This document shows, one piece after another, positions 8,647-17,134 of a stretch of DNA of 64,000 nucleotides. The notes under the pieces are model-generated. The model was not told the DNA's origin, did not search any database, and worked only from the letters and a program-made list of their open reading frames with translations. This stretch comes from Bacteroidota bacterium (GTDB taxonomy: Bacteria; Bacteroidota; Bacteroidia; JABEUT01). Position 1 is the stretch's first letter, and each line of letters starts with the position of its first letter. Where the stretch lies: contig JABDCA010000008.1 in NCBI GenBank assembly GCA_013288345.1, positions 10,024 through 74,023 of the forward strand, in the 5' to 3' direction. The position numbers and the translations under genes are program-made.

Positions 8647-9186
8647 TTAGCCTTTAATATGTTTTTTGGCGAAATGCGAAATTGGTTCTTTCACATTTGC
8701 ACGGTAATCATTGAGTATCGAATCCACCTTTTCGCAGGTAAGGTTTTCATGATAAGTTTCGCCAACCTGCATAACCGGCGCAGTACCGCAAGCTGCAAGA
8801 CACTCTACCGTTTTAAGTGTAAACATGCCATCGGCAGTGGTTTCGCCTGCTTTAATATTTAATTTCTTTTCCATGTAAGCAACAATATCTTCTGCGCCCA
8901 TCAACCAGCAAGGCCCTGTACGGCATACTTCAAGTACGCATTTGCCAACCGGTTTCATGTTATACATACTATAAAATGTTGCCACTTCATATACCTCTAC
9001 AGGCAAAATATTTAATAATGATGCCACATAGTCCATCGCTTCCGGGCTTAGCCAGCCGCCAAATTCAGCCTGAGCAAGATGCAGTAAGGGCAATAAGGCC
9101 GACTTCTGCTTTCCTTCAGGATAGCGCTTTATTATTTTATGCACCAGGGCAAGCGCATCATCAGAAAATTTTAAGTTAGATGGCAT
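8647..9186 (-). CDS. nuoE: NADH-quinone oxidoreductase subunit E (24-kDa 2Fe-2S subunit)
   Basis: CRTGPCWLMG and VECLAACGTAPVMQV cysteine motifs. Lies 5 nt upstream of nuoF. Confidence 0.85.
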   Translation of the reverse strand: MPSNLKFSDDALALVHKIIKRYPEGKQKSALLPLLHLAQAEFGGWLSPEAMDYVASLLNILPVEVYEVATFYSMYNMKPVGKCVLEVCRTGPCWLMGAEDIVAYMEKKLNIKAGETTADGMFTLKTVECLAACGTAPVMQVGETYHENLTCEKVDSILNDYRANVKEPISHFAKKHIKG

Positions 9187-9218
9187 AGCAATTTTTTTCC
9201 TTTAATTGTTGACAGCTG

Positions 9219-9226
9219 CAAATATA
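9219..9226 (-). promoter_or_regulatory. Bacteroidota -7 promoter box TATATTTG (TAnnTTTG) for nuoEF
   Basis: The plus strand reads CAAATATA. On the minus strand TATATTTG lies about 32 nt upstream of the nuoE ATG, just after the stop of the upstream OmpA-like gene. Confidence 0.45.
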
Positions 9227-9229
9227 AAT

Positions 9230-10501
9230 CTATTTCACTATTTCCACCTCTACCCTTCTATTCGCTTCCATTTCATCTTCATTTGCAGGCTTTGGGTAAA
9301 CCATTTCTTTATTGCCAAGCCCTTTCCAGTCAAGCCTGTTCTTATCTATTCCTTTACCTGCCAGATAGTTATAAACCGCTTGTGCTCTTTGCTTAGAAAG
9401 ATCAAGGTCATACATATAATCGTAATACTGGTAAGGATCATTCACGAATCCCTTTATCAGAATTTTTACAGTTGGGTTATTGTTCATGAATTCTAACAGA
9501 TCACTAAGTGATTCAGCAGATGTAGGAAGAAATTTTGCCTCTCCTCTTTCAAATTCTATATGCTTAAATATCATTTTCATGTGCTCTTTTATTTGCAACA
9601 TGTTTACATATATAGCTTTATCAGTATCGCTTTGAGCCACGTAGCTAAGCTGCGCCAATAAATATCCTTTGGCTGCACAGCTTATATTTATTTTTTGACC
9701 TTGTTTTAATTCTATACCATATTGCGATGCGGTTGCACTTATATTTTGCTTGTCTTTTGGAATCGACCATACTATTTTAATTTTTGCTTTTACAGGGGCT
9801 TTGCTAATGCTATCTATTACATAAATAGGGACTACTCCTTTGGGTAGTTTTGAGGATGGAGATATATTGGAAGCACTAGAAACAGTCGTTGTATCTGTTC
9901 CAGCTGTTGTTCCCCTGAAATGTATTATCAAAGTAAATGGCCTGCTTGCACTGGTGTAATTATCTACCACCAAATAGTATCGTTCATCTTTTTTTACCGG
10001 TAAAGCTTTACTGTAAGTAGCATGTTTTCCCGGAGGCTCCATTTCATTTTTTGCTGTTGCCGAAAGCCCTGTGGTTCCCAATGAAGCATAATATGTATTG
10101 GCAATATTTGTGCGTACAGGTACCATTCTCACTAAAGCGCTTTTATCGCAAAAATTGCGCTGGCTGCCTCTGCATGCAGTGCAGTTTTTTATTTCTGCTG
10201 TTTCATCTTTAAACAGTAAAAAGTCTAAATCGTCGGTTGGGTTTTGGGGAACAATATCGAAGGTTAGAAGTGTATCATACGGTATATCAATGCAAAACCA
10301 AACAGCGGTATGTGGCTTCTCGAAATACGTGCCATTGGTATGCGCTTGAGCCAACAAAGGATTAGGCGTGCCATCGGCATAAACGGGCCCATAAGATGAA
10401 GTATCTATTAAAACTGCCTTATCGCAACTACCGTGATTTTGGGCTATGGTATTGAATGTAAAACCTGCAATAAAGGTTATTGCCAGAAGAAAATTTCTCA
10501 T
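9230..10501 (-). CDS. OmpA-family protein with an N-terminal PPC-like domain and a central Ig-like domain (paralog 1)
   Basis: Signal peptide. C-terminal OmpA-like motif (LSKQRAQAVYNYLAGKGIDKNRLDWKGLGNKEMVYP...NRRVEVEIVK). The N-terminal TLLTFDIVPQNPTDDLDFLLFKD resembles a pre-peptidase C-terminal fold (recollection). Confidence 0.7.
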   Translation of the reverse strand: MRNFLLAITFIAGFTFNTIAQNHGSCDKAVLIDTSSYGPVYADGTPNPLLAQAHTNGTYFEKPHTAVWFCIDIPYDTLLTFDIVPQNPTDDLDFLLFKDETAEIKNCTACRGSQRNFCDKSALVRMVPVRTNIANTYYASLGTTGLSATAKNEMEPPGKHATYSKALPVKKDERYYLVVDNYTSASRPFTLIIHFRGTTAGTDTTTVSSASNISPSSKLPKGVVPIYVIDSISKAPVKAKIKIVWSIPKDKQNISATASQYGIELKQGQKINISCAAKGYLLAQLSYVAQSDTDKAIYVNMLQIKEHMKMIFKHIEFERGEAKFLPTSAESLSDLLEFMNNNPTVKILIKGFVNDPYQYYDYMYDLDLSKQRAQAVYNYLAGKGIDKNRLDWKGLGNKEMVYPKPANEDEMEANRRVEVEIVK

Positions 10502-11763
10502 TTCATTATCTCTACTTCCACCCTGCGGTTAGCTTCTTCCTGCGTTGCATTTGCAGGTTTAGGATATATCATCTGCTCGTTACCAAGCCCTTTAAAGCCC
10601 ATTCGTTTTTTACTTATGCCAGCTACACCAAGGAAGTCATACACAGCCTGCGCTCTTTGCTTAGATAGTTTTTTTGCAGCTCCAGAATTATCACTTCCGG
10701 GGTCGTTTACGTAGCCTTTAATAAGAATACTTACATCGGGGTTGTTTTTCATAAACTCCAGTAAATTCATCAATTCGTTTTGCGATGAGGCCGTAAAAAT
10801 GGCCACTCCTTCCTGAAATTTTATATTTTTTAAAATAAAGCTTTTATGCTCTTCAACCCTCGAAAGCACAATTGAAAGTGTAATAGTTGATGCAGTATCG
10901 GGCGAATAAAAATTGCAATGCGTAAACATATAGCCCAGCGAATTACAATTGATATTTATACCCTGTCTGGGGTTGAGCACTAAGCGGTATGCAGTTGTAT
11001 CAACATTAATTACCTGGCCCTGTTTTACACCTGTAATATCAAGCTGGCTTTTTATAGGATTACCTGAGGAATCGGTTACCACAATATTTACAATTGTTTT
11101 ACCGGGTATTACTGTAGATGCAGTTTTTACTGATGCTACATCAGTACTGGCATTAAGAACTTTGCTCCGATCTTCGGTTTGGGTTTGAATGTATTTTGGA
11201 AATTTTAAATGCAAGTCGAATATAAATGCTCCTTTTGCTTCGGTGTAGTTATCAACCACAAGGTAATAGCGCTCACCTTTTTTCACCTTTAGTGCTTTGC
11301 TAAAACAAGGATTATAGCCCAGCTCAACTATAGTATCGGTTGCAGTAAGCGATAAGCCGGTATTGCCCATGTGTGTGATGCTATCAGGCTTTGCCAGGTT
11401 AGTACGTATTGGTTTTATTTTATGCTCTCCTAACTTGGTGCAAAAAACCTCAGTCAGATCTTCGTCATCTTTAAAAAGTAAAAAATCTATATCGTCGTGT
11501 GGCTTCTGTGGAATAAGCTCAAAAGTAAGTATGGTGTCTCTGGGAATTTCGAAAGTTATCCAGGTAATATTGTGCTCTTCTTCAAAGTATAAACCATGGC
11601 TATGATGCTTTGCTACAAATTTATCTTTAGCTCCATTGGGTGCTACAGGGCCAAAAGTTTCGCAACTAATATCAGCAGCGGTTTGGCAGGTTGCATATTT
11701 CTGTGCAACCACATGCGTTAGGTCAGTAAAAATTATTGCTACTAACAATAGCAATTTTTTCAT
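10498..11763 (-). CDS. OmpA-family protein, tandem paralog 2
   Basis: Same architecture as 9230-10501 (TILTFELIPQKPHDDIDFLLFKD; LSKQRAQAVYDFLGVAGISKKRMGFKGLGNEQMIYP...NRRVEVEIMK). ATGA overlaps at both ends. Confidence 0.7.
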   Translation of the reverse strand: MKKLLLLVAIIFTDLTHVVAQKYATCQTAADISCETFGPVAPNGAKDKFVAKHHSHGLYFEEEHNITWITFEIPRDTILTFELIPQKPHDDIDFLLFKDDEDLTEVFCTKLGEHKIKPIRTNLAKPDSITHMGNTGLSLTATDTIVELGYNPCFSKALKVKKGERYYLVVDNYTEAKGAFIFDLHLKFPKYIQTQTEDRSKVLNASTDVASVKTASTVIPGKTIVNIVVTDSSGNPIKSQLDITGVKQGQVINVDTTAYRLVLNPRQGININCNSLGYMFTHCNFYSPDTASTITLSIVLSRVEEHKSFILKNIKFQEGVAIFTASSQNELMNLLEFMKNNPDVSILIKGYVNDPGSDNSGAAKKLSKQRAQAVYDFLGVAGISKKRMGFKGLGNEQMIYPKPANATQEEANRRVEVEIMK

Positions 11764-12416
11764 GCGGTAAATTCAGCTATAATAGATTCTCCTCCCTTAA
11801 CTACTTCGTTAAGCTTGGCATTTATCTTAGTGCCTAGTGGCAAAAAAACATCAACCCTTGAACCAAATTTAATAAATCCCATTTCGCTGCCTTGTTCAGC
11901 TATATCGCCAGGTTTACAATAATATTTTATGCGACGGGCCAAAGCCCCGGCTATTTGCCTGAAAAGCACTTGTTGGCCTGCCTGTGTTTTTACAACTACA
12001 GTAGTACGTTCATTTTCGGTAGATGACTTTGGATGCCAAGCTACCAAATATAAGCCCGGATGATATTTTACATATTCTACATTGCCACCCACCGGGTAGC
12101 GGTTAAGGTGCACATTAAGCGGAGACATGAAAATAGATACCTGCAAACGCCTGTCCTTAAAAAACTCGGTCTCTTCTACTTCTTCAATCACAACCACCTT
12201 ACCATCGGCAGGAGCAATAACATGTTTTGGGTTTTTTGGTGTAGTGCGTCCCGGGTTACGAAAAAACTGCACAATAAGCACCCACACTACAGATGATAAA
12301 AGATACACAAAGCCTTGCAGCCACATAGGCGCACCTAAAAAACAAACAAACCAGCTAAGCGCACCTAAAATAATTGTAGCCCCTACTATCAAACTATACC
12401 CTTCTCTGTGAATCAT
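11760..12416 (-). CDS. psd: Phosphatidylserine decarboxylase proenzyme (short, membrane-anchored type)
   Basis: Two N-terminal TM helices, 218 aa. GFIKFGSRVDVFLP contains the G-S self-cleavage site typical of the short PSD class. Confidence 0.8.
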   Translation of the reverse strand: MIHREGYSLIVGATIILGALSWFVCFLGAPMWLQGFVYLLSSVVWVLIVQFFRNPGRTTPKNPKHVIAPADGKVVVIEEVEETEFFKDRRLQVSIFMSPLNVHLNRYPVGGNVEYVKYHPGLYLVAWHPKSSTENERTTVVVKTQAGQQVLFRQIAGALARRIKYYCKPGDIAEQGSEMGFIKFGSRVDVFLPLGTKINAKLNEVVKGGESIIAEFTA

Positions 12417-12440
12417 ATGGCGTAAATGTATAAAATCTTA

Positions 12441-12448
12441 CAAATTTA
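12441..12448 (-). promoter_or_regulatory. -7 promoter box TAAATTTG for the psd operon
   Basis: The plus strand reads CAAATTTA. On the minus strand TAAATTTG lies about 24 nt upstream of the psd ATG. Confidence 0.45.
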
Positions 12449-12540
12449 CCCGATATAAAATGGGTAATACTTTGAAATTCAGCGTACTATTAACATCATA
12501 ATGTGTAAATCGGAAAGGTTTGTAGTATTTTTATTTTTTT

Positions 12541-12548
12541 TATATTTG
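12541..12548 (+). promoter_or_regulatory. -7 promoter box TATATTTG for the phyH-like/SDR operon
   Basis: TATATTTG lies 25 nt upstream of the ATG at 12574. Confidence 0.45.
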
Positions 12549-12573
12549 CATTTCGACCTTATACAAGCAATAG

Positions 12574-13416
12574 ATGACAAAATCAATAAAGAATTATCCT
12601 AAGTTTAAACTTGGGGCTACCTTTACCAAAGAACAACTTGACTTCTTCAATAAAAATGGCTTCGTTCATTTCACCGGCGTTCTATCTCCTACGGAAGTAG
12701 ATGAGCTGATTGCAGGATATGAAGCAGCCCAGGAAAAGCTTATTAAGTCAAAGGAAAAAACTGTAAAAGGTATACCGGTAATATTCGGGCACGATGAAAA
12801 CGGAAAACGAATAGTACAGCGTTTCCCTTACACCTCGTACTATAGCGAACGTATAAAGCAGTTAGTGCTTGATTCGCGCATACAAGGCTTTAAGCATTTG
12901 TTAACCGAGCGCTCAAGCAGGGTAACCGACTCTGAGCGTGATGGCGTGGTATTTAACCATTATGTAAACTCGAAGCATAGCCGCTTTAAACAAATGGGCT
13001 GGCATACCGATTCTATACGCGAAGTGTTTTACGCTAAAAAAGTATTCCCTACGTTAAATATTGGTATTTATCTTGATAACTCTTCTGCTGTAAATGGTGG
13101 CTTACGCGTATTGCCGGCTACCCATACACAAGGGCTTTTTGGTATGTTGTTTACCAAAATGTATTATCGCAATACCAAGGAAGATAAGAATGAAGTACTT
13201 GTAGTTGCCAAGCCGGGTGATGTAGTAGTTCATCATGGCCATATATGGCACAGGGTGGGCCATTCCGAGCATACCGATTCAGTGAGCCGCCGCAGGGTAA
13301 TGTATATACCTGTACTATGCGGGCCAAAACAAAAAAGGAAACCACCAAAAGAAGGTAAAACAGGCAAAACACCTATTTACCATCACCTGCACGCTTTTGC
13401 CAAGTTCGACCAATAA
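12574..13416 (+). CDS. Phytanoyl-CoA dioxygenase (PhyH) family Fe(II)/2-oxoglutarate oxygenase
   Basis: GWHTDS (the H-x-D of the facial triad) and a distal HHGHIWHRVGHS. The 280-aa size fits the family. Confidence 0.65.
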   Translation: MTKSIKNYPKFKLGATFTKEQLDFFNKNGFVHFTGVLSPTEVDELIAGYEAAQEKLIKSKEKTVKGIPVIFGHDENGKRIVQRFPYTSYYSERIKQLVLDSRIQGFKHLLTERSSRVTDSERDGVVFNHYVNSKHSRFKQMGWHTDSIREVFYAKKVFPTLNIGIYLDNSSAVNGGLRVLPATHTQGLFGMLFTKMYYRNTKEDKNEVLVVAKPGDVVVHHGHIWHRVGHSEHTDSVSRRRVMYIPVLCGPKQKRKPPKEGKTGKTPIYHHLHAFAKFDQ

Positions 13417-13419
13417 GTT

Positions 13420-14205
13420 ATGGCATACGCACTTATAACCGGTGGCAGCAAAGGCATTGGAAAAGCTATTGCAGAAAGCCTTGCGGCTAAAAAGTATAAC
13501 ATACTTTTAGTTGCCCGTTCCGAAAACCTGTTGAAAGAAAATGCGACTGAACTGGAAAAAAAATTCGGCGTAAAGGCTGATTTTTTTGTTGCCGATATTT
13601 CTGCAAACGATTCTGCAAAAAAAATTGCTGAATGGTGCAATTCAAAAAATTACGATGTATCAGTACTGGTAAATAACGCCGGTTATGGCCTTGGTGGTGC
13701 ATTTAGCAGCTTATCGTTAGATGAGCAACTAAACATGATGCAATTGAATATGCAGAGCCTTGTGCAACTGACTTATTTAATGATACCTGTTTTGAAAAAA
13801 CATCAGGGCAAAAATTATATTTTAAATGTTGCCAGCACAGCAGCTCACCAGGCTGTTCCTTTTTTAGGAGTTTACGGGGCAACTAAAGCATTTGTACTTT
13901 CTTTTTCACGCGCTATACATCACGAACTGAAGCCTGAAAATATTTCGGTATCGTGCCTTTGTCCGGGGCCAACCGATACATACTTTATGGACCGTGCCGG
14001 CATGAAAGGCATGAAAAAAGCTATGAAACAGGCCGAACGTTTTAATATGACACCTGAGGCTGTAGCTGAAACTGCCTTAAAAGGATTATTTGCAGGTAAG
14101 CTTGAAATTATCCCTGGTGGCTCTAATAAAGCCGGTGCTTTCCTTAGTCGTATCCTACCTAAAAAGCTAGTAGAAAACACACTTATTGGTGTTTATAAGG
14201 CATAA
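13420..14205 (+). CDS. Short-chain dehydrogenase/reductase (classical SDR)
   Basis: TGGSKGIGKAIA (cofactor site), VNNAGYG, and YGATKAF (the catalytic Y-x-x-x-K). Confidence 0.85.
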   Translation: MAYALITGGSKGIGKAIAESLAAKKYNILLVARSENLLKENATELEKKFGVKADFFVADISANDSAKKIAEWCNSKNYDVSVLVNNAGYGLGGAFSSLSLDEQLNMMQLNMQSLVQLTYLMIPVLKKHQGKNYILNVASTAAHQAVPFLGVYGATKAFVLSFSRAIHHELKPENISVSCLCPGPTDTYFMDRAGMKGMKKAMKQAERFNMTPEAVAETALKGLFAGKLEIIPGGSNKAGAFLSRILPKKLVENTLIGVYKA

Positions 14206-14334
14206 AGCCTTTTGCTTTCCTCACCAGCCATTTAATAGTATAATTGCTTGTTGAACTCTGATTTTCAAGCTAAAAATTGCTGCGTTTAATAAAGATTTTT
14301 TTATTTTTACCACTTATAACATGCTCTCCACTCA

Positions 14335-16014
14335 ATGCTTATAAAAAACTACTACAGGAAAATCTTTCTTTTTTTAATTATTGTTTTCAGCTTTTCTTTA
14401 TTTGAAGGCTGTACGTTCGCTCGTGTTTTTACACAGCGCAACGCTACTTTTATTACCGTACAAGATTCAACAACCGTTGCAGTTGAGCCAACTAAAATTG
14501 AAAGCTGGCATAAAGTAAACGATCATAATATCAGGCTTTACCATGATCGGGAAAAAATTTCTGTTCACAAAAAGGCAATCGATACACTTACATCAAGTGT
14601 TATAGGTTATAATATCAGGCAATATAAAAAGGGTTACCTTCCTTCATTAACACCCATAAGCAGAACCCGCTTTAATGGCGTTAAAATATTAGATTTCGCT
14701 ATTCCGGGCTTATACTTTTATGCTTTAATCTCCATGAAAGTTTCTTCTGAAGACCCGTCTTACTATCCACTCTATTATTATGCGTCATCTTTAGGTGTTT
14801 GGTTCAGTTTTCTTCCCGGCCCCTGGGCAACTTACAAATCAACCTTCCGCTTGCCGGCATTAGTATCTGTTAAATACCGTGAGAATACTGAAAACAGGAT
14901 ATGTGTAAAAGATGTAGTGATTGATTCAGTTAATACATTTAAACCTGAAGAGTATAAAAGTTTTGGGACATACCAGAAACATATACAGAAAATACGGGAT
15001 CCTCACGACAAAGGACTATTCAATACAGATCTTGATAAAGATCTTGTAAAGGACGAACTAAATAAAAAACTGCGTGATTGGGGATACGTTGATACTTCGG
15101 GTTTATTTTCGAGAGTTTACAGTAACTCCTATATAGCTAAGTGTGAAGTGCAAAGCCACTCCACTATTTATGTAGGCAGTTATGAATGTGTTATAGTAAA
15201 ATGCTTATGGGTATTATTAAACCCGGAAGGCAATAAGGAGTTATTTCGGTTCACAAGCCAGGATACTTCTATGTGGGCCCCCAATTATTCGACAAGCGAA
15301 AGCGCCGAAAGAGAGTGTGTAGTACGTTCTATGAATACTTTTTTGAAGAATGCTGATGTAACAACTTTACTGAAGCAAAATTACGTTGCTCCAAAAACAG
15401 ACAAGGATACTATATCGAAAGCTATTAGTATAACATTGGCAGCAACCGATACTATCAATAACCTGCAAGACGCTTTGCAGGCTGTAGTTACAATAAAACA
15501 AAATCATTTCTTTTTTAGCGGATGCATTATTTCGCCCGATGGTTATGTAGTAACAAATGCACACTTGTTAAGTGATGCAACCAATTCTGATATATATGTT
15601 CACTTTTCAGACGGAGATTCTTCCATTGCAAAATTTGTACGCATTAATTCAGTTTACGATATGGTTCTTTATAAAATTGAAAAGCCCGGGCATTACAAAT
15701 GCTTTTTGCCCGATAGCTCACTGAACATAAAACTTGGCGAAGAGGTTTATGTAATTGGAACAGCCGAAGAATTAAACCTCAAACAAACCATGACCAAAGG
15801 GATTGTTTCGGGTAAACGAAAAATAAACGATAGAATACTTATACAAACGGATGCCAGTATTAATAGAGGAAGCAGTGGCGGAGCGCTTGTAAATAAAAAT
15901 GGACATTTGATGGGCATAATAAATTCGCGGCTTGTAGGCGATGCCATACAGGGTATTGGATTTGCAACACCTGCCTATTATATTAATAATGCACTAAAAT
16001 TAAATGCTCGCTAA
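14335..16014 (+). CDS. Lipoprotein with an unknown ~370-aa N-terminal domain and a C-terminal trypsin-fold (S1C-like, PDZ-less) serine protease domain, paralog A
   Basis: Signal peptide ending LFEGC. Catalytic triad contexts TNAHLL, YDMVLYKI and GSSGGALVN. The N-domain aligns with paralog C. Confidence 0.75.
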   Translation: MLIKNYYRKIFLFLIIVFSFSLFEGCTFARVFTQRNATFITVQDSTTVAVEPTKIESWHKVNDHNIRLYHDREKISVHKKAIDTLTSSVIGYNIRQYKKGYLPSLTPISRTRFNGVKILDFAIPGLYFYALISMKVSSEDPSYYPLYYYASSLGVWFSFLPGPWATYKSTFRLPALVSVKYRENTENRICVKDVVIDSVNTFKPEEYKSFGTYQKHIQKIRDPHDKGLFNTDLDKDLVKDELNKKLRDWGYVDTSGLFSRVYSNSYIAKCEVQSHSTIYVGSYECVIVKCLWVLLNPEGNKELFRFTSQDTSMWAPNYSTSESAERECVVRSMNTFLKNADVTTLLKQNYVAPKTDKDTISKAISITLAATDTINNLQDALQAVVTIKQNHFFFSGCIISPDGYVVTNAHLLSDATNSDIYVHFSDGDSSIAKFVRINSVYDMVLYKIEKPGHYKCFLPDSSLNIKLGEEVYVIGTAEELNLKQTMTKGIVSGKRKINDRILIQTDASINRGSSGGALVNKNGHLMGIINSRLVGDAIQGIGFATPAYYINNALKLNAR

Positions 16015-17132
16015 TGAAATCTATACACGGAATCAAGAAAATAGTTTTGATACTGCTTTTAGGTAGTATTTTTTATAGTACCGGTTGTGGCAGTATTTTT
16101 TGTGCCATGGGTGGAGGAATTACCGAATGCCAGAAAACAAAAGAACCGGGACAGGCACGAAGAAAAGTAGACGTTAGCTATTTTATAATAGATCTTCTTT
16201 TCTTCTTCCCTGGGTTGGCCGTTGATTTTGCTACCGGCGGAATTTATAAACCCTGCACATTTCACACCGATCAAATAGTTAAAACGGACGGAACAGCAAT
16301 ACAATGTGTTGTTCAAGGACTCGATTCAACAAATGTGAGCTATATAATGCTTAGTGAACCTAAATACTATAGAAAAGAACATGCGATTTCGAAAAAGGAA
16401 GTCAGTTTTATTTATTATTATGATGGACGAACCGATACCCTTGAAAGAGCTAAACAGGTGCATGCAAAATTTGCCCCTGTAAAACGGGTAGATTCTATAC
16501 TTGCTAAAGAAAGTATAGCCGACCAGCATGCACAAATTGATATAAAGATAGATCCGAACGATACTATACATTCGTTAAGCGAAGCATTAAAAGCTGTAGT
16601 AACCATTAAAGTAACCGATGGGCATGGAAGCGGATGTATTATTTCGCCCGATGGATATGTAATAACAAATTACCATGTTATAAGTCAGGATACGGCAAAC
16701 GAAATGACTCTTTTTACTGATAAAGGAGAGCAACTGAAAGCAATATGGGTGAGAAGTAATATTGATTACGATCTGGCCCTCTTAAAAATTTCGAACCCTA
16801 AAAAATGCACCTACTTAATGGCGGCCGATAGCGTGCATGGCACAACAATAGGAGAAACCGTATATGCCATTGGCACTCCATTAGACCTGGCCTTTGGCCA
16901 GTCACTCACCAAAGGAATTGTATCGGGTAATCGTAAAATAGATGGTAAAAATTCTATACAAAGCGACGTAAGTGTGAACCATGGAAACAGTGGCGGAGCA
17001 ATGATAAACAAAAAAGGAACTTTACTGGGCGTAGTTAATTCTAAGATAGTAGGTGAAGGTGTTCAGGGACTTGGGTTTGCCATACCTGCATACTATATTG
17101 AAAGTGCGCTCAATATTAAATTTGTTAAATAA
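16014..17132 (+). CDS. Lipoprotein with a short N-terminal domain and a C-terminal trypsin-fold serine protease domain, paralog B
   Basis: Signal peptide ending YSTGC. GHGSGCIISPDGYVITNYHVI, YDLALLKI, GNSGGAMIN. The start overlaps the previous stop (TAATG). Confidence 0.75.
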   Translation: MKSIHGIKKIVLILLLGSIFYSTGCGSIFCAMGGGITECQKTKEPGQARRKVDVSYFIIDLLFFFPGLAVDFATGGIYKPCTFHTDQIVKTDGTAIQCVVQGLDSTNVSYIMLSEPKYYRKEHAISKKEVSFIYYYDGRTDTLERAKQVHAKFAPVKRVDSILAKESIADQHAQIDIKIDPNDTIHSLSEALKAVVTIKVTDGHGSGCIISPDGYVITNYHVISQDTANEMTLFTDKGEQLKAIWVRSNIDYDLALLKISNPKKCTYLMAADSVHGTTIGETVYAIGTPLDLAFGQSLTKGIVSGNRKIDGKNSIQSDVSVNHGNSGGAMINKKGTLLGVVNSKIVGEGVQGLGFAIPAYYIESALNIKFVK

Positions 17133-17134
17133 AT

